Assembly (NCBI GenBank): GCA_945935525.1
Contig: CAMERI010000004.1
Span: forward strand, 9,645-73,644
Origin: an uncultured bacterium
GTDB lineage: Bacteria > Bacillota_I > Bacilli_A > RF39 > UBA660
Direction: 5' to 3'
DNA length: 64,000 nt
Positions 8,218 to 18,227 of this stretch are shown here, piece by piece. The notes beneath the pieces were generated by a model. It did no database searches, had not been told where the DNA came from, and saw only the letters and a list, made by a program, of their open reading frames with translations. Each line of letters starts with the position of its first letter. The first letter of the stretch is position 1. Position numbers and translations under genes: made by a program.

Positions 8218-9738
8218 TTATTTTTCTTCTCCTCTTAACAGATAACTCTTATCACTATAAGAAGTATGTAATAATTTAAAACTCTCTTCACTAAGTGGTT
8301 TTCTTAAATAATTCTTGTATAATATTTTTAATTCTTTATTATCATGAGCAAATCTAACAGCTCTTTTAGAATCTATATTATAAAGTCCTTTAGCTCTTTG
8401 CTCCCTAATCTTATCTAATTGTGTTATTTGGCATAATGGTTGTCCACCACCACCAATACATCCTCCTTTGCAATTCATAACTTCTATGAAATGATATTTC
8501 TTATATCTATCATCTTTTAATAGTTCTTCTAAATTTTCAAGTTGTTGAACAACAGCAACCTTAAGTTTATAATTATGTATCTCTATAGTTGCTTCTTTTA
8601 TTCCATTAAATCCTCTTAAATCACTAAATACTAATTGATCTTTCTTTAAATTAGTTTTAGTCATAATTCTATAAAGCGTACGAATAACTGATTCAGTTAC
8701 TCCTCCAGAATTACCAAATATTACTCCACCACCACTACCTTCTCCTAATAATTTATCATATTCACTATCATTTAAATTATTAAGTTTAATATCTTCTTCT
8801 TTAAGTAAAATAGAAAATTCACTAGCTGTCATTACATAATCAATATTAATTGTATATTCACGTGCTTCCATCTTCTTAGAAGTACAAGGTGTAATAGCTA
8901 CAGTAACTATCTTTGATGGATCTATATTCTTTTCTTTAGAAAAATATTCTTTAATAATTGCACACTGCATACCTATAGGACTCTTACAAGTAGATAAATT
9001 ATCTAATAGTTCTGGATGATACACTTCAGCATATTTAACCCAAGCAGGGCAACAACTTGTAAACTGAGGCATAGGGCCTTTATTAGTAAGTCTAGCCGCA
9101 AACTCAGCTACTTCTTCCATAATAGTTAAATCTGCTCCAAATGCAGTATCAAATACATAATCAAAACCTATCTTCTTAAGAGCAGTAACAAGTTTACCCT
9201 CTGTATTATCTCCAGGTTCCATTCCAAAGTTTTCACCCATAGAAACTCTAACAGCAGGAGCAATCATAGCTACAACTACTTTTTCATTAGTATTTATTAT
9301 TTCTTTAACTTCCTTATAACAATATCTAGGTACTATAGCACCAGTAGGACAATTCAAAATACATTGACCACATCCCAAACATATAGGATTCTTACATACA
9401 TTTAAATCATAAGAAAGGTTAACTACCTTCTCACAAGTCTTCTTACATTGCCCACAATTAATACATTTTTCAGGTATTCTAACTATTGCTGGATTATATT
9501 GACTTATTCTTACTTTTTTATCTTCTACTGTATCATTAACAATTTTACTTGTTTTAATATCTAATGCTTCTTCAACTACTGAATCTATTACTGAATCTAA
9601 ATCATCTTGATCAAATATATCATTAGTTACTAACTTAAATTCATTTTTTACGCTTTCACACATGGGACAAACATAATCATCAGATAACTTATCAGTTTCG
9701 ACTATATAACCACATTTAGCACATATATATTTTGCCAT
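8218..9738 (-). CDS. hydA: [FeFe] hydrogenase with N-terminal rubredoxin-like domain and 2x[4Fe-4S] domain
   Basis: CAKCGY..CPMC; CINCGQCKKTC and CLGCGQCILNCP; H-cluster motifs FTSCCPAW, TPCTSKKME, EVMNCKGGCIGGGGQP. Confidence 0.93.
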   Translation of the reverse strand: MAKYICAKCGYIVETDKLSDDYVCPMCESVKNEFKLVTNDIFDQDDLDSVIDSVVEEALDIKTSKIVNDTVEDKKVRISQYNPAIVRIPEKCINCGQCKKTCEKVVNLSYDLNVCKNPICLGCGQCILNCPTGAIVPRYCYKEVKEIINTNEKVVVAMIAPAVRVSMGENFGMEPGDNTEGKLVTALKKIGFDYVFDTAFGADLTIMEEVAEFAARLTNKGPMPQFTSCCPAWVKYAEVYHPELLDNLSTCKSPIGMQCAIIKEYFSKEKNIDPSKIVTVAITPCTSKKMEAREYTINIDYVMTASEFSILLKEEDIKLNNLNDSEYDKLLGEGSGGGVIFGNSGGVTESVIRTLYRIMTKTNLKKDQLVFSDLRGFNGIKEATIEIHNYKLKVAVVQQLENLEELLKDDRYKKYHFIEVMNCKGGCIGGGGQPLCQITQLDKIREQRAKGLYNIDSKRAVRFAHDNKELKILYKNYLRKPLSEESFKLLHTSYSDKSYLLRGEEK

Positions 9739-9768
9739 ATTATCTCCTTTACATCTTTTTCAAAACCA

Positions 9769-11163
9769 TTATAACATATTTTTCTTATCAATTTCAAAAT
9801 AGAATGTAGTACCCTTATTTTTAACACTTTTAACACCATATTTATAATTATGACTCTCAAGTATTGTCTTAACTATAGAAAGTCCTAAACCAGTACCAAA
9901 AGCATTTCTCTTATGTTTCTTTTCATTATGATAATATTTATTCCATATATATTTAATTTCTTCTTTATCAATACCTTTACCAGTATCTCTAATTTCAACT
10001 AATACTTTCTTCTTTTCATCAGTAACATTTATATATATTTTTTTATCTTCTCCAGTATAGTTAACAGCATTATTAAGTAAATTATATATAACTTGTTCAA
10101 TTCTCTTCTTGTCAGCCTTAACTTTTATTTCTTTATCATTAGTATATATAAATTCATAACCATCACTATCTATAAGAATATAAAATCTCTTAATAATATT
10201 TCTAATTAACTCATTAAGATCAAACTCTTCTATTTTAAGTTCATAAGTACTAGATTGTAACTTAGATAAATCAAGAATATCACTTACTAAAACATTTAAT
10301 CTATCAGTTTCTTCTATAATTATATTCATATTTTCTACTCTTTTTTCAGGAGTTTGACTTTCTAAATCCCTAGTCATTTCAGCATATGCTTTTATCATGG
10401 TAAGTGGAGTCCTTAAGTCATGACCTACATTTGCCATTAAATCACGTCTTAATTCATCAGTCTTAGATAACTCATTCTTAGCTAAATCTAGTGTAGTTGA
10501 TAATTCTTTTATCTCTTGTACTTTACTATCTGTTGAGAATGATACATTAAAGTCTCCATTAGCTAGTTTTTTAGCAGAATTACTTATCTTAACAATAGGT
10601 CTAGATATTTGACTAGATATAACATAACTTATTATTAAAGATATTCCAAATATTATTAATGCTATATATCCATATTGACTTTTTAATAATATTATAGATG
10701 AATCTAATGGTTGAATAGAAGTATTTAGAAATATATATACTTCATTATTATATTTTAGTGCTTTAATTATAGTTTTATTACCAAATCTTTTATTATAAAG
10801 AAGTTTAGTATCTTCAGTTTTACCACTACTTACAAAAGAAGTTATATAGTTATCACTAGTATCTTTATCACTAAATAAGCATCCCTTATTATAAGTATTT
10901 GATATAGTTTGTATCACTCCGTTAGAATATATCGATACACAAACTCCATAGTTATAAGCTATATCTTCAAGGGTATTTATATCCATAGAATTGTTAGTTT
11001 TAATAGAATTTACTATATCATCTAGTTGATTCTTTTTATAAACTTCATAATATTTATTTAGAAATACTATCTGCATCAAAAAAAGAAATAGTAATATAAA
11101 ACATGAGAATGCTACTAAGCACCCAAGTACTATATGTTTAATCTTACTATTCTTTATCATCAA
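9769..11163 (-). CDS. HAMP-domain sensor histidine kinase
   Basis: Two TMs, HAMP, H-box GHDLRTPL, N-box NLLNNA, DTGKGI, GTGLGL. Confidence 0.95.
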   Translation of the reverse strand: MMIKNSKIKHIVLGCLVAFSCFILLFLFLMQIVFLNKYYEVYKKNQLDDIVNSIKTNNSMDINTLEDIAYNYGVCVSIYSNGVIQTISNTYNKGCLFSDKDTSDNYITSFVSSGKTEDTKLLYNKRFGNKTIIKALKYNNEVYIFLNTSIQPLDSSIILLKSQYGYIALIIFGISLIISYVISSQISRPIVKISNSAKKLANGDFNVSFSTDSKVQEIKELSTTLDLAKNELSKTDELRRDLMANVGHDLRTPLTMIKAYAEMTRDLESQTPEKRVENMNIIIEETDRLNVLVSDILDLSKLQSSTYELKIEEFDLNELIRNIIKRFYILIDSDGYEFIYTNDKEIKVKADKKRIEQVIYNLLNNAVNYTGEDKKIYINVTDEKKKVLVEIRDTGKGIDKEEIKYIWNKYYHNEKKHKRNAFGTGLGLSIVKTILESHNYKYGVKSVKNKGTTFYFEIDKKNML

Positions 11164-11812
11164 ACTTATACCCCATTCCTCTTACAGTGGTAATTAAATC
11201 TCTATATTCTCCTAAATTATTTCTAAGCATCTTTATATGTGTATCTATTGTTCTATCATTTCCTAAATAATCATAATTCCATATATTATTAAGTAATTGT
11301 TCACGAGATAAAGCAATACCTTTATTATTTATAAAATATACAAGCAAATCATATTCTTTAGGTGTTAATAATAATTCTTTTCCATTTATATATGCAGCAT
11401 GTCCTAAGAAATCTACTTTAAGATTCTTATATATATAGAAATCATCTTCTCCTTTATATCTCTTTATAACTGCATTTATTCTAGCCATTAACTCTTTAGG
11501 ACTAAATGGTTTAGTCATATAATCATCTATTCCTAAATCAAAACCAGCTAATTTATCATATTCTTCTCCTCTAGCTGATAACATAATAGTAGGAGTATTA
11601 TATCTTTCTTTAATTATTTTATATGCGCTAAAACCATCCATCTTAGGCATCATTATATCTAAAATAATAATGTCTGCATCTTTTGCTTTTTCAATAGCCT
11701 CAACACCATTTTCAGCTTCTAATACATCATACTTATTTCCAATACAATATTCTTTTATAACATCTCTTATAAGTTTTTCATCATCTACAATTAGTACTTT
11801 CACATTATTCAC
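11147..11812 (-). CDS. OmpR-family response regulator
   Basis: VDDE, LDIMMP, KPFS, RTIDTHIKMLR, TVRGMGY. Confidence 0.95.
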   Translation of the reverse strand: MNNVKVLIVDDEKLIRDVIKEYCIGNKYDVLEAENGVEAIEKAKDADIIILDIMMPKMDGFSAYKIIKERYNTPTIMLSARGEEYDKLAGFDLGIDDYMTKPFSPKELMARINAVIKRYKGEDDFYIYKNLKVDFLGHAAYINGKELLLTPKEYDLLVYFINNKGIALSREQLLNNIWNYDYLGNDRTIDTHIKMLRNNLGEYRDLITTVRGMGYKFDDKE

Positions 11813-11826
11813 CTCTGATATTTAAT

Positions 11827-11867
11827 ATAATATCATATTATGAAATATTTGTGAAAAATTTATGTGC
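11827..11867 (-). promoter_or_regulatory. Candidate autoregulated promoter with 11-bp-period direct repeats
   Basis: Minus strand CACATA-N5-TTCACA-N5-TTCATA upstream of TGnTATTAT. Confidence 0.45.
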
Positions 11868-11877
11868 ATTATTAAAA

Positions 11878-12669
11878 TTATTTATTATAGAATGCACTAC
11901 AATTAAAGCCATGACATTTAATTAAATATGAATCTATTATTTTACTACCATTAGTTATTATAACTTTAGGATAAGCTTCATTGTAAAAATCTAAATTTTT
12001 TGAAAATTCTTTATTAATTTTATAAAGTGTATTTGTTATATTAGTGTTAAGTTCATCACTATTTATATAGTATGCATTAGTAGATACACTTAACCATTTT
12101 TCAATAACATCATAAGAAGATAAGCAATCAACACTACTACATTTATTTCCCATAAATATTATTTTAGCGTCTTCTTTTTCTTTTATAATATTTATTAAAC
12201 TATTAACTGGTAATTTTATAGAATCTATTACGTGACTCTCTGATTTTTTATATTCAGACATACTTTTACCATAGAATTTACTGAACTCATAATTTAAAGA
12301 ATCATCTATATTATTAAAAAATACATTTTCTTCACCATCTATTAATAATGTTAATTTATCTTTATCATTGCCTTTAATAACTATTTCTTTATTACAATCT
12401 AATATTATAGTTTTCTTTTTCTTATTGTATCTATAATTACTACATTTATCATATGTATTAGTAAAATTCTCACTGCTTGGCCTATAATAAGACATTTTAT
12501 ATTCATTTATATTAAATACATCATAATATCCATTTACATAGTTATATCTATACCAATTTTTATCAAGTATATCATTATTTATTTTATCATACTTAAAAAT
12601 ATATAATAACGTAAGTATTATACCCATTATAAAGACACCTATTATACATATTATATTTCTATTATTCAT
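11878..12669 (-). CDS. Membrane-anchored hypothetical protein, possible C-terminal thioredoxin-like fold
   Basis: N-terminal TM; CSSVDC and YP-K-V-I-I pattern near the C-terminus. Confidence 0.5.
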   Translation of the reverse strand: MNNRNIICIIGVFIMGIILTLLYIFKYDKINNDILDKNWYRYNYVNGYYDVFNINEYKMSYYRPSSENFTNTYDKCSNYRYNKKKKTIILDCNKEIVIKGNDKDKLTLLIDGEENVFFNNIDDSLNYEFSKFYGKSMSEYKKSESHVIDSIKLPVNSLINIIKEKEDAKIIFMGNKCSSVDCLSSYDVIEKWLSVSTNAYYINSDELNTNITNTLYKINKEFSKNLDFYNEAYPKVIITNGSKIIDSYLIKCHGFNCSAFYNK

Positions 12670-12704
12670 AATATTATGATATCAAAAAACAAATAACTTT
12701 TCAA

Positions 12705-12971
12705 TTACTTGTTAGTATTTGCATAATAATTAAATTCACTTATCTCTCTAGATACATTGTCAAGATCATCAGCATCCGCATCATCTTCAAGTACCTCATC
12801 TATAAGAAACATAATATCTTTTATAGAACCACATTCCATAGGATCTATCCCATATCTATTAAGTACTTCTATTTGATATTCTGATAAGTATATACCTTTT
12901 TTAATCTCTTTATGCATATATTTTTTATCATATAAATCATTTATATCTACTTCTTGTCCATTAATATTCAT
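12705..12971 (-). CDS. Hypothetical acidic protein
   Basis: ORF with GGAG RBS before MNINGQ; downstream of rpmE. Confidence 0.65.
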   Translation of the reverse strand: MNINGQEVDINDLYDKKYMHKEIKKGIYLSEYQIEVLNRYGIDPMECGSIKDIMFLIDEVLEDDADADDLDNVSREISEFNYYANTNK

Positions 12972-12997
12972 AAATTCTCCTAAGAAAAAAATCACTA

Positions 12998-13198
12998 TTA
13001 ATCAGTGATTCCATATTTATCTTTGAATTTTTGTACGTTTCCAGTCTTAACAGTTTTAAATTTACCTGTATAGAATGAATGACATTTATTACAAGATTCT
13101 AATTGAATTTCATCTTTAGTTGATTTAACTTCAAATTCATTTCCACAAGCACATTTAACTTTGCATACTTTTTGTACTGGATGTATTCCCTTTTTCAT
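12998..13198 (-). CDS. rpmE: 50S ribosomal protein L31 (Zn-binding type)
   Basis: MKKGIHP, CACG, CNKCHSFYTG. Confidence 0.97.
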   Translation of the reverse strand: MKKGIHPVQKVCKVKCACGNEFEVKSTKDEIQLESCNKCHSFYTGKFKTVKTGNVQKFKDKYGITD

Positions 13199-13308
13199 AT
13201 TTTATCCTCCTCGCCATAACTAATTAACAGTTATAGAAATAACTTCAGTGAGTATTATACATGGTTTTTTATCTAAAATCAAGTACAAAATGTTAAATTA
13301 ACACACCA

Positions 13309-13920
13309 CTAACTAATATATTCAACAATTTTATTATATATTTGATAATTTACTTTATCATTTAATCTCTTACTTTTAGAATTTTGATATTTATAGTATA
13401 TTTGGTTTAAATTAATATCTCCGTTATTTATATTATAATTTTGGTTATAACAATAGTTAGAAATAACAACGACTTTAGCTGGACTTATTTTCTTAATAAG
13501 ATTCTTTAATTCATTTATATCATTAGATACATCTTCATCATATTTTAAAATTACGCTTTCACTCTTATTACATTTTTCAAAATATTTCTCATTATTAGCA
13601 TTAACTATTATTATATCAGCACTAGCTATTAATGGATTTAAATATACTTTTTTATCTTTTGAATACACATAATAATTATCTTTAATATTTTTTATAATAT
13701 CTTTATAAGTAATATTTTCAGATGTGAATAACTTGTTTAAATCATTAAGATTATAATATTTATCAAGTAAATATTTATCATAAGTTTTATAATTACTATT
13801 AATTAAATAATTATCTCCAAGTACTAAAATATCAATTCTATTATTTATAGTATAGTTATAAATTATATATGAGAAAATACAAGACAAGAAAAAAATAACT
13901 AGTAATTTATTTTTTTTCAT
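13309..13920 (-). CDS. Membrane-anchored protein, degenerate SGNH/GDSL-like fold
   Basis: N-terminal TM, LVLGDN (catalytic Ser absent), ADIIIV. Confidence 0.45.
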   Translation of the reverse strand: MKKNKLLVIFFLSCIFSYIIYNYTINNRIDILVLGDNYLINSNYKTYDKYLLDKYYNLNDLNKLFTSENITYKDIIKNIKDNYYVYSKDKKVYLNPLIASADIIIVNANNEKYFEKCNKSESVILKYDEDVSNDINELKNLIKKISPAKVVVISNYCYNQNYNINNGDINLNQIYYKYQNSKSKRLNDKVNYQIYNKIVEYIS

Positions 13921-13941
13921 AGATTTATCACCTAATAAATA

Positions 13942-15195
13942 TTACTCAGTTACTTTTATTTTAGCACCTACATTTGCTAGTTTCTTTTCAACATCCCCAT
14001 ATCCTCTTAGAATATATTCACTACTTTCTATTTCAGTAACACCTTCTGCTATAAGACCAGCTATCAATAATGATGCTCCACCTCTTAAATCAGTAGCTAT
14101 TACTTTAGTACCTTTAAGTTTACGAGGACCTTTAATTTCTATTTTATTTAAACTTAATATATTAGTAATTGCTCCCATTCTATTAAGATCATATGTGTTT
14201 TTAAATCTATTTTCATATAGTGTTTCTTCTACTATAGATTTACCTTCTGCTTGAGTTAATAACGTTGTTATTGGCTGTTGTAAATCAGTTGGAAATCCCG
14301 GGAACACTAAAGTTTTAATATAAGTTGGTTTTAAATGTTCACACTTAGATATTGTAAGAACATCAGCATTTATTGAATACTCAACTCCGATCTCTTTAAG
14401 TTTCATAAGAAGAGCTTCTATATGTTCTTTAATAATACCTTTAATTCTAAGATTATCTCCAAGTAGTGCACCTATAATTATATAAGTACCACTTTCTATT
14501 CTATCTGGAAATACCTCAATAACTCCATTATCTAAGTTTTTAGTGCCTTCTATTTCAATACGTTTAGTACCAGCACCTCTTATCTTAACACCCATATTTA
14601 TTAAGAAAGATGCTACATTTACTATCTCAGGCTCCATCGCAGCATTATCTATAATAGTAGTGCCTTCTGCTCCAACTGCTGCAAGCATAACATTAATAGT
14701 TGCTCCAACACTTGGGAAGTCGAAATATATTCTTTTACCTACTAACTTATCAGCAGTGATAATATATCTATTCTTAATTATTTCTACTTTAGCACCTAAT
14801 TGTTCAAATCCTTTGATATGAATGTCTATTGGTCTTGCACCTATATTACATCCACCTGGAAAAGACATTTCAACTCTTCCAAACTTAGCAAGCAACACAC
14901 CCATAAAATAATATGATGCTCTCATTTGAACACTTAATTCTTCAGGTATAGGTTTATTAACAAGATTAGTTGAATCTATATATAATGCATCATCTTTATG
15001 TTCAACTTTACAATTAAGTAACTCTAAAATATTAATTAAATATTCTATATCACTTATAGTTGGTACATTATATATAACACTCTTAGTTTTAGCAAGTATT
15101 GCAGTAGGAATCAACGCAACTGCACTATTCTTGGCCCCACTAATTTTAATTTCACCAGATAACCTATGGTTACCTTCTATAGTTATCTTTGACAT
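13942..15195 (-). CDS. murA: UDP-N-acetylglucosamine 1-carboxyvinyltransferase
   Basis: SGAKNSA, MRASYY, PGGCNIGARP (Cys retained), PGFPTDLQ, TDLRGG. Confidence 0.97.
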   Translation of the reverse strand: MSKITIEGNHRLSGEIKISGAKNSAVALIPTAILAKTKSVIYNVPTISDIEYLINILELLNCKVEHKDDALYIDSTNLVNKPIPEELSVQMRASYYFMGVLLAKFGRVEMSFPGGCNIGARPIDIHIKGFEQLGAKVEIIKNRYIITADKLVGKRIYFDFPSVGATINVMLAAVGAEGTTIIDNAAMEPEIVNVASFLINMGVKIRGAGTKRIEIEGTKNLDNGVIEVFPDRIESGTYIIIGALLGDNLRIKGIIKEHIEALLMKLKEIGVEYSINADVLTISKCEHLKPTYIKTLVFPGFPTDLQQPITTLLTQAEGKSIVEETLYENRFKNTYDLNRMGAITNILSLNKIEIKGPRKLKGTKVIATDLRGGASLLIAGLIAEGVTEIESSEYILRGYGDVEKKLANVGAKIKVTE

Positions 15196-15280
15196 AAACA
15201 CCAATGCCTTTCTACTTATAATATACTATTAAAAATAGATTTTATCAATGAATTAGACAGTTTTTAGGCAGTGTTTACAT

Positions 15281-15784
15281 TTAGAACCATTTAGATAAAA
15301 CTTCATAAATTTTAGATTTATATTCTATTTTTTCATCTTTTTCATAATCAACCATACAAAGTGGAGGATATAAAATACACCAATAATTGTTACCTTTAGC
15401 TTCACCAATTTCAACGACTAAACTCTCGTATTCTCCCGCCTCAAACTCAATATTATTATATTCTTTTCTAGGAAAATAGTTCATACCATACTTAACTTTA
15501 TATTTTAAATTATAATTGTTTTCCTTAAATGCTTTATCTATACTTAAGTTTACTTTATCTAAATTATTAACTACATTATTACGTGTTTCATTAATATCAT
15601 TAGAATCTTTAAATAACAATGTTGATAACTCGTTAACAACTTTTTCCTTTATTAATATATCTTTAGATGAATTACTATTAGGTATCACTCTAAATCTAAC
15701 CATATCACCACTTAAATTATATCTTGGCTTAGATACAACTATTAAAACTATTACAAAAAGTACTAAATATATTATTTTCTTCAT
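15281..15784 (-). CDS. spoIIR: Stage II sporulation protein R
   Basis: RFRVIPNSNS..D..IKEKV, FPRKEY..AGEYESL..IGEAKGNNYWCILYPPLC; follows prmC as in Bacillus. Confidence 0.93.
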   Translation of the reverse strand: MKKIIYLVLFVIVLIVVSKPRYNLSGDMVRFRVIPNSNSSKDILIKEKVVNELSTLLFKDSNDINETRNNVVNNLDKVNLSIDKAFKENNYNLKYKVKYGMNYFPRKEYNNIEFEAGEYESLVVEIGEAKGNNYWCILYPPLCMVDYEKDEKIEYKSKIYEVLSKWF

Positions 15785-15830
15785 TTAAAAACCAACCTTT
15801 CAATTTAATGTTGGCCGGTTTTATATATTT

Positions 15831-16571
15831 TTATTCACTAATTATAAAGACATATCTATCTCTATTAGTTAAATCTTTTTCTATTATTATTTTAGAATCT
15901 TTAAAGTATTCAGTTGCTATATCTTTTATAAGATTTCCTTGCCACCATCCTATTTCAAAAGCAATTATAAACTTTTTATTTAGAAATGGTTTTATATTAG
16001 ATATTATTTTTTTATAAAAGTAAAGTCCATCTTCACTAGCAAACAATGCTATATTTGGTTCATACTTTTTAACTGAATCCATTATCTTTTCATCAGTATC
16101 TATATATGGTGGATTGCTTATAACTATATCATATTTACCAGTTACTTCATCTAACATATCGCTTTTAATAAACTTAATATCTAAGTTATTCTCTTTAGCA
16201 TTCATTTTAGCTACTTCTAAAGCACTATCTAATATATCAACAGCAGTCACATTAGAATCTAGTTCTTTACCTAAAGCAATACTTATAGCTCCACTACCAG
16301 TACCTAAATCAAGAATATTCATTTTATTATTAAATAATTTTTTTGAATATTTTATAGTTTTCTCTACTAAATATTCTGTCTCATATCTAGGTATTAACAC
16401 ATTCTCATTAACATTTATCTTATAACCATAAAAGTTAACGTATCCTATTAAATATTGTATTGGATAACCTTCTAGTAATCTTTGATAATCTTTATCTATA
16501 TCTTTACTTACTTTAATTAATTCTTCACATTCGGGACGACTAAATCCTAAAGACATTAATTTATTAATCAT
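15831..16571 (-). CDS. prmC: Release-factor glutamine methyltransferase
   Basis: LIPRYETE, DLGTGSG, SNPPY. Confidence 0.96.
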   Translation of the reverse strand: MINKLMSLGFSRPECEELIKVSKDIDKDYQRLLEGYPIQYLIGYVNFYGYKINVNENVLIPRYETEYLVEKTIKYSKKLFNNKMNILDLGTGSGAISIALGKELDSNVTAVDILDSALEVAKMNAKENNLDIKFIKSDMLDEVTGKYDIVISNPPYIDTDEKIMDSVKKYEPNIALFASEDGLYFYKKIISNIKPFLNKKFIIAFEIGWWQGNLIKDIATEYFKDSKIIIEKDLTNRDRYVFIISE

Positions 16572-17625
16572 TATGTTCTTCAAGTCTCATTCTTTCATCT
16601 TCAGCTATTAATGCATTAATTAAGTCTTCTAAGTCACCTTCCATAATCTTATCTAAATGCATTACTGTATAGTTAATTCTATGATCAGTAAGTCTATTTT
16701 GTGGATAATTATATGTTCTTATCTTTTCAGCTCTGTCTCCTGTACCTATTTTACTTCTTCTTTCATTACCAAGTTTTTCATCTTGTTCTCTTTGTTTTAA
16801 ATCATAAAGTCTTGTCTTTAATATTTGAAGTGCTCTTTCTTTATTCTTTATTTGACTTCTTTCTACTTGGCAATAAACTATTATACCAGTTGGTATATGT
16901 GTAACTCTAACAGCAGAATCAGTTGTATTAACACATTGTCCTCCAGCTCCACTACTACGAGTTATATCTATTCTAATATCACTATCTTTAATTTCTACAT
17001 CTATTTCTTCTGCTTCAGGCATAACTAATACTGTTGCAGTACTTGTATGTACTCTACCAGCAGATTCTGTTTCAGGTACTCTTTGAACTCTATGAGCACC
17101 ACTTTCATACTTAAGTTTTGAATAAACACTTTCTCCACTAAGCATAAATTCTATTTGTGAGTATCCCCCACTTTCACCAGGTACCTCATGAGTTACTTCA
17201 AGTTTCCATCCTTGCTTTTCAGCATATTTAGTATACATTCTAAATAGGTCTCCAGCAAAGATATTAGCTTCATCTCCTCCAGCCGCACCACGAATCTCAA
17301 TAATAACGTTCTTTTCATCATTAGGATCCTTTGGTAAAAGCATTACTTTTAATTTACTTTCTAAAGTTTCTTTTTCTTTATGTAAATTGTCTATTTCTTC
17401 TAAAGCAAATTCCTTCATTTCAGGATCTTTACTCATCTCTTTAGCTGCCTCTATATCATCTAAAACAGTATTATACTTTTTATAAGCTTCTACTACTGGT
17501 TCTATAGAATTCTTCTCTTTTGATATAGTTTGCATCTTTTTATAATCATTATATACTTCTGGTTTTAATAATTCATCACATAAATTATTATATCTTTCTT
17601 GTATTATTTCTAATCTTTCTTTCAT
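16564..17625 (-). CDS. prfA: Peptide chain release factor 1
   Basis: GGDEA, QRVPETE (PxT), GAGGQ. Confidence 0.98.
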   Translation of the reverse strand: MKERLEIIQERYNNLCDELLKPEVYNDYKKMQTISKEKNSIEPVVEAYKKYNTVLDDIEAAKEMSKDPEMKEFALEEIDNLHKEKETLESKLKVMLLPKDPNDEKNVIIEIRGAAGGDEANIFAGDLFRMYTKYAEKQGWKLEVTHEVPGESGGYSQIEFMLSGESVYSKLKYESGAHRVQRVPETESAGRVHTSTATVLVMPEAEEIDVEIKDSDIRIDITRSSGAGGQCVNTTDSAVRVTHIPTGIIVYCQVERSQIKNKERALQILKTRLYDLKQREQDEKLGNERRSKIGTGDRAEKIRTYNYPQNRLTDHRINYTVMHLDKIMEGDLEDLINALIAEDERMRLEEHND

Positions 17626-17661
17626 ATTTCCTCCCTTTATTAAATATTTAAGAAAGTCTCG

Positions 17662-18108
17662 CTACAAGTCAGATTCGTCTTCGTATCCTTCATCAACAAT
17701 AACTAAATCTCTTAAGTCATCATCAGTATCATCATCTTCAGTTTCATCAATATCATCATAGAAGTCACTTTCATGTTCTTCCATATCTTCTTCTTTTTCA
17801 TCTAGTTCTTCTTCATCATCTTCAAGTTCTTCTTCAAGTTCCTTAATATTGATTTCAGCAGTATGATTCTCTCTTAAATCCCAATATCCTTTTTCAAGTT
17901 GAATAAATCTCTTTTCAGTCGCAAGTAATGCAAAGAAATCAGCTATTTGATTTTCAAATGCATCCTCTCCAAGATTAAGTTCATCACATATTATTTTAAA
18001 TATGTCATTGATCTTCATCTTTTTTCCCTTTTCTTTTAATATTATATATGCAATGTCATCAAATGGCATTGTTTCTAACTCTTCTTTACTTACAGTTTTA
18101 AATTTCAT
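17662..18108 (-). CDS. rpoE: RNA polymerase delta subunit
   Basis: HARE-HTH-like N-terminus (RF..L..G.WDLR) and highly acidic C-terminus. Confidence 0.9.
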   Translation of the reverse strand: MKFKTVSKEELETMPFDDIAYIILKEKGKKMKINDIFKIICDELNLGEDAFENQIADFFALLATEKRFIQLEKGYWDLRENHTAEINIKELEEELEDDEEELDEKEEDMEEHESDFYDDIDETEDDDTDDDLRDLVIVDEGYEDESDL

Positions 18109-18227
18109 TCTTTATTAAGCCTCCTTAAGACTATTTTTTCTTTCCCTTAAAATTATACATATTTTTTTGTATAAATCAAGTATTTTTTCTAGATTTACAA
18201 TACATAATAATTAATGGTGTAAATGAT

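Noticed and set aside
14291-14306. NBS-like GAAATCCCGGGAAC inside murA
   Set aside because: Imperfect, and explained by the conserved FPGFP codons
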